From a virus: DNA of 64,000 nt. Position 1 is the stretch's first letter. Each line of letters opens with the position of its first letter. The stretch lies in the IMG/VR virus record IMGVR_UViG_3300020599_000003, positions 1 through 64,000 of that record; one strand, written 5' to 3'. The notes under the pieces are model-generated. The model saw only the letters and a program-made list of their open reading frames with translations, made no database searches and had not been told where the DNA came from. The position numbers were made by a program, and so were the translations under genes. Below are positions 8,631-17,703 of this stretch, piece by piece.

Positions 8631-9560
8631 ATGAACGAATCCCTGAATACCGAGCTGCGCGGCGCACCGATGGCCGCCAAGAAACTCCTGTTCATGTATC
8701 TGTTCAATCAGATCAGTCAGGCCAAGTTCACTTCCAACTTCGAGGACAGAAAATACGCCAAGGAGCTTCTCGATCTGGCCCGCGCATCGGGCTATGTCTT
8801 GAAGAATTGCAAGCTGTTCGCGTACCACTACTACAAGAATGGTTGGGCACGCCCGGCCGACTTCGGGGTGGATATGCGCGATGCAGCCATGCTCAAGCGC
8901 TTGGACCTCAAGATCAAGAGCACGGTGCCCGCCCTTACGGTCGCAGGCTATGACCGTATGGTGGAGGGCATGCTCCTGTCCAAGCACATGGTGTCCCACG
9001 TGAACAAGCTCATCTACAAGAAGATGATTTTCCTCACGTCGCAGTCGTATGGCTACACCGTGGGCGAACTGCGCTCGGTGCTGCTGCACAAGGCCATCTA
9101 TGCCTTGATGAAGCAATATCCGCTGTTCAGCTCGCCGCTGCATTTCCAGAACGTGGCGAAGACGACGATCCACAACACGGCGATGACCTTCATCACGGCG
9201 CAGACACGTCAGAAGCGGCAGAGCATGATCCAGAACGCGGATGGGACGTGGTCCTCGCTGAAGGCCCCGCTCGAAAGCTGCATGGAGATGGCAGCACCGT
9301 CGGTGGACCAGCACACCAAGGACATGTTGGCAAGTCTGGTGAAGATCTCCAGCAAATTCTCCACTAATGTCCAGCGCTTCTTGCTGTGCATGGGTGGAGT
9401 GCACGATCCGCAGTTCTCCGAGTACCTCGGCATGGATAATTCCACCGCAGTCGATAGTATGCGGTACGATCAGTACCGTTCCAAGCTGGAAGCCCACCTC
9501 GGCGTCACATCCGCACAGACCGAGGCCCTGTTCTCTCACGTTCGTAACCAACTCTCATAG
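8631..9560 (+). CDS. Putative divergent RNA polymerase sigma factor
   Basis: ELRSVLLHKAIYALMKQYP...HFQNVAKTTIHNTAMTFITAQTRQKR resembles sigma region 2. Confidence 0.45.
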   Translation: MNESLNTELRGAPMAAKKLLFMYLFNQISQAKFTSNFEDRKYAKELLDLARASGYVLKNCKLFAYHYYKNGWARPADFGVDMRDAAMLKRLDLKIKSTVPALTVAGYDRMVEGMLLSKHMVSHVNKLIYKKMIFLTSQSYGYTVGELRSVLLHKAIYALMKQYPLFSSPLHFQNVAKTTIHNTAMTFITAQTRQKRQSMIQNADGTWSSLKAPLESCMEMAAPSVDQHTKDMLASLVKISSKFSTNVQRFLLCMGGVHDPQFSEYLGMDNSTAVDSMRYDQYRSKLEAHLGVTSAQTEALFSHVRNQLS

Positions 9561-9565
9561 GATTT

Positions 9566-10480
9566 ATGATGACCGAAATCGCCCTGAAGGCTCGCACCTC
9601 CGTCGCCACCAAGAAGGTCACGTCGACCGCCCCCAAGAAGACCCGCAAGAAGTTCAAGACTACGACGTGGCGCTTTGCGAACGGCGTCAAGGTGGTCCGG
9701 GAAAGCGTGCGCAACTTCCGCACGTACCAAGGCTCCACGAAAGGTGGGGTGATCGCCTTCTCCAAAGATGCGGCCGCGAATGTGTTCGCTGGCGAACTCG
9801 ACCATCGCACGGACACCAAGCTCTTCGGCAAGGCGTCGAGGCCCGTGTACTCCTGGGTCATCGACCATCGGTCGCGCATCGAAGATCCTGTGTTCCAGGA
9901 CAACCGCCTGCCGGTTCGCATCCACCTCGTCGGCAATGTCACGCTGGTGCGGCCTACGTTCATCAGCACTCATGACAGCGTCTGCCGCATCACGGTCGAA
10001 GCGGCCTCGAACAGACTGAAGCTGGTCGAGGCCGAGTTCAAGGGGGATTCCTCGCTGGTAAGCATGACGCACCGGACCCAGACCGGTATCCGATTGCACG
10101 ATGCCCGCTTGCGCCTTTCCCGCGACGTGGATGTCGACTACAGCCTGTTCGACGACGTGCTCTTCCATGTTCCGGAGGAGGGTCAGATGAATCACGCCAT
10201 CGTCCGTGATGGGATGAAGCCTATGTTCTTCGTTGGTGTGGGCGACGAAGGGGGTACGATGACTACCTGGGTCAACAGTCGCGGGGAAATCCGTGTGTCC
10301 CGCGGCTGCTTCTCGGGCACCCCGGAGCAGTTCCTTGCTGCTGTGAAGGAGAAGCGCAGTACCAACTTCTGGTACTCCAATTATCCGAAGCTGATGGCGG
10401 TCGCCAAGGCATTCTTCCGCACCCCGGCCAAGAACATCGCGGCTGCACTCAAGGAAGAGCAGAAGGCTTCTGACCTCTGA
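9566..10480 (+). CDS. Hypothetical phage protein
   Basis: C-terminal IRVSRGCFSGTPEQF, a pattern common in uncharacterised phage proteins. Confidence 0.7.
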   Translation: MMTEIALKARTSVATKKVTSTAPKKTRKKFKTTTWRFANGVKVVRESVRNFRTYQGSTKGGVIAFSKDAAANVFAGELDHRTDTKLFGKASRPVYSWVIDHRSRIEDPVFQDNRLPVRIHLVGNVTLVRPTFISTHDSVCRITVEAASNRLKLVEAEFKGDSSLVSMTHRTQTGIRLHDARLRLSRDVDVDYSLFDDVLFHVPEEGQMNHAIVRDGMKPMFFVGVGDEGGTMTTWVNSRGEIRVSRGCFSGTPEQFLAAVKEKRSTNFWYSNYPKLMAVAKAFFRTPAKNIAAALKEEQKASDL

Positions 10481-10725
10481 TGGCGTCTCGCAAACCGACC
10501 AGCATCGGCATCGACCCGGTGACTGGTCGGCCCCTGACCTGCGTCGATTACAACGGGCGCGTGCGTCTGTTCTACCAGGACGAGCCGCCCGGCCCTGCCC
10601 ACATTTCCCGCGTGCTGCTGTACCGCAGCCACGCAGACCTCGGTCGTCTCATGTTCGCCAACCGCATCACGGTGCAATCGATCATAGACGATCCACTTTT
10701 GAGAGAAGGTAATGACGATTCTTGA
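10480..10725 (+). CDS. Hypothetical protein
   Basis: TGATG coupling. Confidence 0.6.
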   Translation: MASRKPTSIGIDPVTGRPLTCVDYNGRVRLFYQDEPPGPAHISRVLLYRSHADLGRLMFANRITVQSIIDDPLLREGNDDS

Positions 10726-11386
10726 ACAACGCTACGAGGGTATGCACAAGAAGTTCGCCGCTGGCGACATTCCTGTAGGTGAGATGGTCCTTATCAAGGT
10801 GATGACCTTCACCGAAGCGCAGATGAAGAAAGACCCTTCGTTGCGCGACAGCGAGCCTCCGTTGTACGTCATGGGTGTCGTTGTCAAGCACTTGAAACGC
10901 TCTACGCGCATCCATTGCCCACAGCTCGACTTCGACGGCTTCGGCACACCCGACCACGTGGATCTGGCCAGCACCTCACAGGTAGTGTGGCTGGTTGAAT
11001 CGGCCATGCGCATCGCACGCGCCCCCGAGATCGAAGAGGACACTCCGTCCCTCCCGGCTGGGCATTGCGTACTGCGCGCTCGGGACAACCGCGCTGGGTA
11101 CGTCGTGGATCACGTCTTCCCGCGCCCCAGACATGGTGAGCAGGGCAGCTACCGTGCCATCACTTCGCTCAATAGCAGTTCCGATACGTTCGCGGCGCGC
11201 ACGGCCGATGGGGAGTGGGGCGATGTCGCGCTTTCGCTTGCCCGTGTGGAGGACATGCGCGGCTGGGACCCGGCCAACAAGATCGTCAACCACGCTGATA
11301 TCTGGAGCGCGTACCGGGCCGTGGGCTATGACTACAAGACGCGCAAGCTGGATGAAACCAAGGTTCTCAGTGGAGATCACGAATGA
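10712..11386 (+). CDS. Hypothetical protein
   Basis: RBS GAAGG; typical codon usage. Confidence 0.7.
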   Translation: MTILEQRYEGMHKKFAAGDIPVGEMVLIKVMTFTEAQMKKDPSLRDSEPPLYVMGVVVKHLKRSTRIHCPQLDFDGFGTPDHVDLASTSQVVWLVESAMRIARAPEIEEDTPSLPAGHCVLRARDNRAGYVVDHVFPRPRHGEQGSYRAITSLNSSSDTFAARTADGEWGDVALSLARVEDMRGWDPANKIVNHADIWSAYRAVGYDYKTRKLDETKVLSGDHE

Positions 11387-11832
11387 AGCCTCTTATCATC
11401 TTCGATATTGACGGCGTGCTTGCCAACATCGATCGCCGCGCCGCGTACATCGAGTGCGACAAGCCGGACTGGGAGAAGTTCTACAACAAGCACGAGATCG
11501 CCAAGGACCTCCCGGTCAAGCCGATGATCGCCATCTACAACCACTTCCTGCAGACGGCCGAGGTGGAAATCTGGACGGGTCGGCAGAAGTCCACGGAGCT
11601 CATCACTCGCCAGTGGTTGCAGAAGCACACGGCGGGTCTGCCCTCTGCGCTGCGAATGCGCCCCAACGACAACCGCATGACCAACCTGGACCTCAAGCGA
11701 GAGTTCATGACGCACTCCAAGCGTAAACCTGCGATGGCGTTCGACGCGCAGCCCAAGACGGCGGAGCTCTGGCACAAGCGTGGTGTTCAGGTGTGCTACT
11801 GCGTCCACCCCTACGTGAAGGAAGAAGCATGA
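11383..11832 (+). CDS. HAD-superfamily phosphatase (PNK 3'-phosphatase-like)
   Basis: IIFDIDGVLA, WTGR, LRMRPND.R, MAFDAQ. Confidence 0.85.
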   Translation: MKPLIIFDIDGVLANIDRRAAYIECDKPDWEKFYNKHEIAKDLPVKPMIAIYNHFLQTAEVEIWTGRQKSTELITRQWLQKHTAGLPSALRMRPNDNRMTNLDLKREFMTHSKRKPAMAFDAQPKTAELWHKRGVQVCYCVHPYVKEEA

Positions 11833-12005
11833 ACCCCTTCAACGTCGTGTAGTAAAGGATATGGCCTGGGGTAGGCTTTCAATAGCGTCTGGGCGCGTAT
11901 CAAATGACGGATGAACAGTCATCCGGTCGCCATAGACGTTGCAACACCAAGGATTCCGCGAAAGTCTGGAAGCTCCTGCGCGAGCAGGGCATCGACTTCG
12001 AGTAA
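11829..12005 (+). pseudogene. Possible decayed small gene
   Basis: ATGA-coupled start, in-frame TAG-TAA and TAG, then coding-like KDSAKVWKLLREQGIDFE*. Confidence 0.35.
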
Positions 12006-12355
12006 CCATCGCATTGGGGCGAGTCTGCTAACCTGAAGTTCGCAAGGCCCACGCACTGATTGACCTCGATCCCTAACGACCCTTCCGTGGCCCCGCCTCC
12101 AACGAAACGCGGAAGAACCGTATGGGCAAGCTGACACGAAGCAGCGGAAACCGGAGCAGGCTCCGAGTCGCATTAGCGGCGAAGTCATCAAGCCGGAAAT
12201 CGAGGTAACGGGCTCCTACCCGCGCCCGGCCCGTCGTCCTACGGGGTCGGGCTGCTGGGGAGGTCAATTAGTACCGTCGATACGTCGACGAGCATGTCGA
12301 GAATCTGGTAAGCGCGGGCGCGCCCGTGCTGACATCCTATCGAATGGGCCAACGT

Positions 12356-12718
12356 ATGATCAACATCAACCAGGAAGGCCGTGTCATCGAGATCCGCGCG
12401 GCAGACGTGTTCAGCATCGAATATTGCGTCGACACCTATTCATGCCTCGACGAGAAGTATGTCGAGCAGGGTGCGCCCGAGAGCGGTCATATTCGCGAGG
12501 TTGTCTTGAAGCTCAAGGATGGAACGGCGATCGTTATCTACGCCATGAGCACCGAGCACATCCCCCTCGTGTACCAATCAGACCTCGATGGTGAGGCGCT
12601 CGCAGGTGCGCTCAAGGGCAAGCCGCTGCCTACTGCACAGGAAGTGGCGGCTGGAATCGCAGCGCAGTTTGAACGCGATTCCCAAACCGAAGACGGCGAC
12701 GAGTCGACTTCGCACTAA
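12356..12718 (+). CDS. Hypothetical protein
   Basis: ORF with typical codon usage; start uncertain. Confidence 0.6.
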   Translation: MININQEGRVIEIRAADVFSIEYCVDTYSCLDEKYVEQGAPESGHIREVVLKLKDGTAIVIYAMSTEHIPLVYQSDLDGEALAGALKGKPLPTAQEVAAGIAAQFERDSQTEDGDESTSH

Positions 12719-12844
12719 GTAGCATCGGCCCCTGATCGGGGACAAGCTGTATTCCAGGGTAGGGACTTCGTCAGTAACTATCTGGCGGCCTACATCCAGC
12801 CACCCGGCCCCTACGGGGTTTTGGTGGGCCGGGGCGGCTTGGGG

Positions 12845-12894
12845 CCAAATTGGCCCAAATTGACCAAAATTGGCCCAAAATTGACCCAAAATGC
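12845..12894. repeat. Five tandem 10-11 bp repeats, consensus CCAAA(A)TTG(G/A)C
   Basis: CCAAATTGGC CCAAATTGAC CAAAATTGGC CCAAAATTGAC CCAAAATGC. Confidence 0.9.
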
Positions 12895-12923
12895 TCCGAA
12901 ATTTGTTGTTTTCGGAGCATTTT
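12888..12923. repeat. 14-bp inverted repeat with 8-nt spacer
   Basis: AAAATGCTCCGAAA ... TTTCGGAGCATTTT. Confidence 0.85.
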
Positions 12924-13023
12924 TGCCATAAAACTCCTGGTTTTGGCCCATTTTGTGTTAAAATATGTCCATGGGGGCGTGTTTTCTGCCCCGCCTACGC
13001 AACCCTACCACGTAAGGCAAACC

Positions 13024-13212
13024 ATGGTTACAGTACTTCACCTGCGTTACCCGCTGCATCTGCGCATATTCGTCGAGGCGCTTTTCTGGCTGCTGCTGCC
13101 AGTATCGCTACCCGCCATATGCGTTTGGTCGTATCGTCGATCCGCAATCGAAGTTCGTGAAAGCGCAGCCGCTACCGCATCCGACGATTCCCAGCCGGTT
13201 ATTTCCGTTTGA
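13024..13212 (+). CDS. Small membrane protein
   Basis: RBS AAGG before ATG 13024; hydrophobic segment; extended -10 TGtTAAAAT at 12956-12964. Confidence 0.5.
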   Translation: MVTVLHLRYPLHLRIFVEALFWLLLPVSLPAICVWSYRRSAIEVRESAAATASDDSQPVISV

Positions 13213-13243
13213 CCCATCCACACATCCTGACCAGGAGAAACGT

Positions 13244-13612
13244 ATGACCCCGCAATTCGAAGCAGCTTGCATTGCCGCAGCAACCATCATGGCCGCTCAT
13301 TTGGAATTCCCTTCCCCCTCATCCCAAGCGGCTGCTACATGGAAGCGATTCAAGGCATCGGGTATGCCCATTGGGGAGGGCCTGGAAGGCGATGAGTGCG
13401 TAGGCGTGAACGACGCCGAGCAATTCGCTGACTTCTGGGAAACTTTGACAGAACAGCAACGCGAATGCGTCTGCTCTGGTGTATGTACTGGTTCGGAAGG
13501 CTCGAAGCTCGGCGTCGATGACACGACTTATGTCTTGCGCGATGTGCGCGTGACGGTGCCCCTTGAATGTGACATGATTCTGCACAGTCTGCGAAGCCAT
13601 ATTGATCTCTAA
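13244..13612 (+). CDS. Hypothetical protein, tandem paralog A
   Basis: RBS AGGAG; starts MTPQFEAACIAAATIMAA. Confidence 0.75.
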   Translation: MTPQFEAACIAAATIMAAHLEFPSPSSQAAATWKRFKASGMPIGEGLEGDECVGVNDAEQFADFWETLTEQQRECVCSGVCTGSEGSKLGVDDTTYVLRDVRVTVPLECDMILHSLRSHIDL

Positions 13613-13659
13613 ACGTGATCGTCACCATCATCCCACCTATTCCTGTTTAGGAGAATTGC

Positions 13660-14022
13660 ATGACCCCCCAATTCGAAGCTGCCTGCGTCGCCGCCGCAAC
13701 CATCATGGCCGCTGACCAAGGCTGGTCTGATCCGGCTGCCGCTGCAATCGCCGCGTTTCATTCCTTCCGCCAATCTGGTTGCGTGCTGGTCGAGGGTATG
13801 GATGGCGACTTGGTCGCCAGCGCCGAGGATGCCCAGAACTTCGCGGATTGGTGGGAATCCACGCTCTGCGAAGAACAGCGGGAAGCCGTCTGCACTGGTG
13901 AGGACGTCACCAAGCTTGGTGACGAGGACGACACCATGCTCAACTATCGTACTGGCGAACTCGTCACGGTGTCCAACGGCAACCACGCCATCCTGAACGC
14001 GCTGTTCGCTAACCTGGAGTAG
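13660..14022 (+). CDS. Hypothetical protein, tandem paralog B
   Basis: RBS AGGAG; starts MTPQFEAACVAAATIMAA. Confidence 0.75.
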   Translation: MTPQFEAACVAAATIMAADQGWSDPAAAAIAAFHSFRQSGCVLVEGMDGDLVASAEDAQNFADWWESTLCEEQREAVCTGEDVTKLGDEDDTMLNYRTGELVTVSNGNHAILNALFANLE

Positions 14023-14025
14023 CAA

Positions 14026-14262
14026 ATGAAAACGGTCACTCTAGTGTTCGTGCTCGGCCTTGCAATGTTCACGGCGTCCAGCGGCAACCCTGCCGTAGAC
14101 GCCGGTCGCGTCATGTACGGTGCATCCTCAGTGGCGCGTATGTTTGTGTCCGAGGACAAGGCGCAAGCTGTAGGGGACTTCGCCGCCATCATCGCCCTCC
14201 CCTTCGCGATCCAATCCGCTGCACTCAAGTCATGGGTGCGCAACCAGTACAATCCTGATTAG
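14026..14262 (+). CDS. Small secreted or membrane protein
   Basis: Signal-like N-terminus MKTVTLVFVLGLAMF. Confidence 0.6.
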   Translation: MKTVTLVFVLGLAMFTASSGNPAVDAGRVMYGASSVARMFVSEDKAQAVGDFAAIIALPFAIQSAALKSWVRNQYNPD

Positions 14263-14272
14263 GAGAATTGCG

Positions 14273-14629
14273 ATGTCCACCATCCAACGCCAACCTCGTG
14301 TGAAATTCGCTGCCCCGCGTTTCGAGCAGCAAGCCCAGCGCCTGATGGAGCTCGAACGCAAGCGTGCCAAGCTGCAAGAGCAGCTCCGTGCTGTGGAAGT
14401 CGAGCAATCTCAGGTGCTGGAGGTGCTGGGTGACAAGTACCCCAACGGCTTCCACTTCGCAGACAAACGTGGCTACGAGCGGTCGTTCGAGTTCTGCGGT
14501 TATGACCGCCGCATCCTTGATCAGGCCGCTGCCCGTCGCATGCTGGAACGAATGGGAAAGAAAGTTCCTACGGTCGTTTCGCATGTCAGTCAGTTCCGGA
14601 TCAATCCGGTGTACGAGGATCAGGAATGA
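14273..14629 (+). CDS. Hypothetical protein
   Basis: RBS AGGAG. Confidence 0.7.
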   Translation: MSTIQRQPRVKFAAPRFEQQAQRLMELERKRAKLQEQLRAVEVEQSQVLEVLGDKYPNGFHFADKRGYERSFEFCGYDRRILDQAAARRMLERMGKKVPTVVSHVSQFRINPVYEDQE

Positions 14630-15054
14630 GCAGGAAAGCACGGAAGCAACTCTTGCGCGAACGTGATCGTCAGCGCAAGCAACGTGAAGAGCAGATCGTA
14701 GAGGAGAAGGTCGCGAAGCTCAAGCAGGAAGTCGGTGGCTTCTCCCGCACGCCACTCACAGACGAGGTTCGGGCCAAGATCAGACGGGTCAACTCGCTGG
14801 GAACCCTCAGCAGGCTCGTAGCCAATCGCGTAGTGGCTGAGGTCAGCAGGCCGAAGCCGATTGGTACAATCAAGTACCGCAGCAAGCCCACGTACACTGG
14901 CGACATGCTCGAACGCGAGCGGCGTGCGCTGGAGCGCTACGAGGTCATGAAATCGCACACAATGCCCATCGGAAACAAGATGGGTCCGCAGTACGTTCCG
15001 CCGGATTCGCTCGATGCAGCGGATGTGCGCGCAGGCAACACTAAGAGGAGGTGA
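14626..15054 (+). CDS. Hypothetical basic protein
   Basis: ATGA overlap. Confidence 0.7.
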   Translation: MSRKARKQLLRERDRQRKQREEQIVEEKVAKLKQEVGGFSRTPLTDEVRAKIRRVNSLGTLSRLVANRVVAEVSRPKPIGTIKYRSKPTYTGDMLERERRALERYEVMKSHTMPIGNKMGPQYVPPDSLDAADVRAGNTKRR

Positions 15055-15160
15055 CCGTGGGAACTGGCGTCGCCATCGGCCCCATCATCTTCTAGGGCAC
15101 ACCCGTGCCGGTCTACCTTTCACGCCTTCGGGCAAAGGCCCATTAACTCTGGAGGATCTC

Positions 15161-15310
15161 ATGCCCTGCATCACTGACGATCCTGAAGATCGTACCAACG
15201 AGCGCGCCGCGCCGGTCCATCTGGTCGAGAAGCCGTACCCGCCAAGCACTCAGCCCCTCGTTCGACCGTCGCAATCGAGGCATGCCGGGCAACGAGGTTT
15301 GACCCGGTAA
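15161..15310 (+). CDS. Small hypothetical protein
   Basis: Strong RBS GGAGG before MPCITDDP. Confidence 0.5.
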   Translation: MPCITDDPEDRTNERAAPVHLVEKPYPPSTQPLVRPSQSRHAGQRGLTR

Positions 15311-15338
15311 ATACTCAACATCACCCCTGGTGAACCCG

Positions 15339-17228
15339 ATGAAGAAACTCACTCTTTCCCAACAGAAGCAACTCTACCTGAAGGCTCGTCAAGCATACTA
15401 CGACGATCCCAACGGCAACACCATCATGTCCGATTCCGAGTTCGACGCGCTGGAGAAGTCCATTGCGCGCCAGCACCCGGATTGGCATGTCCTCAAGACC
15501 ACCGGTCACACTAAGAAGACGGATGTAGAGCTCCCGAACTTCATGCCGTCGCTCAGCAAGATCTACAAGTGGACCGGTCGGCAATCCGGCAACGGCTACG
15601 TCTGGACTCCCAAGCTCGACGGCACCTCGTTGCAACTCGTCTACAATAACGGCAAGCCTAGCGCGCTGTACACTCGTGGCAATGGCATCACAGGCGGGGA
15701 CGTTAGCTTCCTCCTGCCGTTCCTGGACATTCCCAAGACTATCCCCTACACGGGTGAACTGTTCCTCCGTTGCGAGGGCGTACTCACCCGCGACAAGTTC
15801 AACCGCAAATGGCGGCGTAAGGAGGGCGACGAGAAGAACCCTCGCAAGTTCGCCTCCGCCCGCGCTGCGGTCAACGGCCAGTTCAACCGCACGGTGGCCG
15901 ACTGCATCCCGGAATTGTTGCACGACATCGACCTCGTGGTCGTCGGCGTGTACAATCGTCGTTGTGGTGAAATGCTGAAGTTCGCCAAAAGCCAGGGTTT
16001 CAAGACTGCCCCTGAGCTCAAGTTCGAGTCGGTGTCGCACGAATCTCTCGAAGCCATGCTGCAATGGGCGCGCAAGGCAATCCCGTGCGACATCGACGGC
16101 CTGGTCTGCGCGGTACGCACGGCGGTCTTCCAGTACGCGGACAGCGAGTTCCCTGCGTGGGCGCATGCGTTCAAGGTCAACTCCGATGGGGTGGAAACAA
16201 CAGTCACGGGCGTGCGCTGGCAAATCTCACGCTATGGCCGATGGACTCCGGTGATCTCGGTCGAGCCTGTCGACTTCGATGGCGTCACGGTCACCAACCC
16301 CACGGCGCACAATGCCAAGTGGATGGTTGATCGCGGCCTTGGTGTCGGCGCTCGCGTCAAGCTCATCCGGGCAGGCGAGGTCATCCCCTACATCGACGAG
16401 GTCGTTAAGAAATCGAAGAACTTCATCTACCCGCCCGGTAAGTACAAGTGGGATGGCGTCCACCTCGTGACGGTTGGCAAATCCGAAGCCTCCGACAAGG
16501 CCAAGGTCTTGCAGATGACCAGCTTCCTGCGTGGCATTGGTCTGGAGGGTATCCAGGCGAAGGGTGTGCAGGCTCTGGTGGACCAGGGCTACGTGTCGGT
16601 CCCACACATCATGGCGGACCTCATGAGTGGCGTCCAGTCCAAGGTGTTCCCGCAGCGTATCAAGGCTGCTCTGGGCAATGCCAATGGCTTGAAGTTCGGC
16701 AAGTCCCTGTTTGACATCTGCAAGAAGGGCATCCCGCTGGCGCGTATTGCAGCCCACTCTGGAGCGATGGGTGCTGGTTTGGGGCGCACCAATCTCGACA
16801 AGATCGCAAAGGCGATGCCTCTGTCGCTGATCTTGTACGGGAAGCCAGATAACTTGGCCGACCGCATCAAGGCCGTCCACGGCCTCGGCCCGGCAGTCGC
16901 CAACATTGTAATCGAAGGCCAGGATAAGCTTCGCAAGATCGTGGCCCTCGTCGAGAAGGCTGGCGTCAAGGTCCTGATCCCCACTTCCGTGGCGAAGGGT
17001 CCGGTTGCCAAGGAAGGTCCGTTCAAGGGAATGATCGGCGCGTGGACTGGCTATCGTGACAAGGAGCAGGAAGCCGCGTTCATCGCTGGTGGCGGCCTGG
17101 TCGACAAGCTGAATAGCAAGACGACGATCCTGTTTTACAACCCGGACGGCAAGTTCCTGGATAAGGTTGAGAAGTTCAAGGCCAAGGGCGGCAAGGCCGT
17201 CGTCTGGTCCAAGTGGTACAAGGCTTAA
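15339..17228 (+). CDS. ligA: NAD-dependent DNA ligase lacking the C4 zinc finger
   Basis: AYY..P....SDSEFDAL (domain Ia), KLDG, DIDGLV, AFK, ISRYGRWTPV..VEPV (OB fold), HhH repeats, BRCT-like end. Confidence 0.95.
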   Translation: MKKLTLSQQKQLYLKARQAYYDDPNGNTIMSDSEFDALEKSIARQHPDWHVLKTTGHTKKTDVELPNFMPSLSKIYKWTGRQSGNGYVWTPKLDGTSLQLVYNNGKPSALYTRGNGITGGDVSFLLPFLDIPKTIPYTGELFLRCEGVLTRDKFNRKWRRKEGDEKNPRKFASARAAVNGQFNRTVADCIPELLHDIDLVVVGVYNRRCGEMLKFAKSQGFKTAPELKFESVSHESLEAMLQWARKAIPCDIDGLVCAVRTAVFQYADSEFPAWAHAFKVNSDGVETTVTGVRWQISRYGRWTPVISVEPVDFDGVTVTNPTAHNAKWMVDRGLGVGARVKLIRAGEVIPYIDEVVKKSKNFIYPPGKYKWDGVHLVTVGKSEASDKAKVLQMTSFLRGIGLEGIQAKGVQALVDQGYVSVPHIMADLMSGVQSKVFPQRIKAALGNANGLKFGKSLFDICKKGIPLARIAAHSGAMGAGLGRTNLDKIAKAMPLSLILYGKPDNLADRIKAVHGLGPAVANIVIEGQDKLRKIVALVEKAGVKVLIPTSVAKGPVAKEGPFKGMIGAWTGYRDKEQEAAFIAGGGLVDKLNSKTTILFYNPDGKFLDKVEKFKAKGGKAVVWSKWYKA

Positions 17229-17267
17229 CTCACAACACGGTCGACTTACCAGCAAGGTAACATAGAA

Positions 17268-17612
17268 ATGGCACAAGAACGCTACATCCAACTGTCCCTC
17301 CAACGCAAGCTGAACAATGGCACATTCTCTGTCATCACCACGCGCAGCTACGTTCACCCGCACACCGCAGCCATGAAGGCGGTCGAGCTCATCATGTTCG
17401 GAGGTCAACCCGGTGATGTTGTGGAGGTGGCACACAAGGAGACCGGCAACCAATTCGGCACTGTGAAGATGACCGCGACTGGTCACCTTAACATCGACAT
17501 TCAGCACGACCATCCGATGCTGATCGCCCATAGCATCGAGCTTCGCGCTGCGCTCCGGCAGCGGCAGGAACAAGCCTCTGCCAAGGCGGAGAAATCGGGC
17601 AAGTCGAAGTGA
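17268..17612 (+). CDS. Hypothetical protein
   Basis: ORF with RBS. Confidence 0.65.
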   Translation: MAQERYIQLSLQRKLNNGTFSVITTRSYVHPHTAAMKAVELIMFGGQPGDVVEVAHKETGNQFGTVKMTATGHLNIDIQHDHPMLIAHSIELRAALRQRQEQASAKAEKSGKSK

Positions 17613-17703
17613 TCACGGAGGCCCCAGCCCGGTAGTGCCAACCCGGCCGCGACCGCTCAAGCGCATGGTCGCACCCGTCGTCTCAACCAACTTTAGGTGA
17701 TTT

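Noticed and set aside
11842-11910. tRNA-like sequence (GTCGT...ATGAC ends, TAGTAAAGG)
   Set aside because: No T-loop (TTCRA), no proper anticodon arm, no CCA.
12056-12115. Hammerhead-like CTGATTGA...GAAA
   Set aside because: The core has an extra base, and stems I-III cannot be formed.
12845-12894. CRISPR-like array
   Set aside because: Units are 10-11 bp and contiguous, with no spacers.
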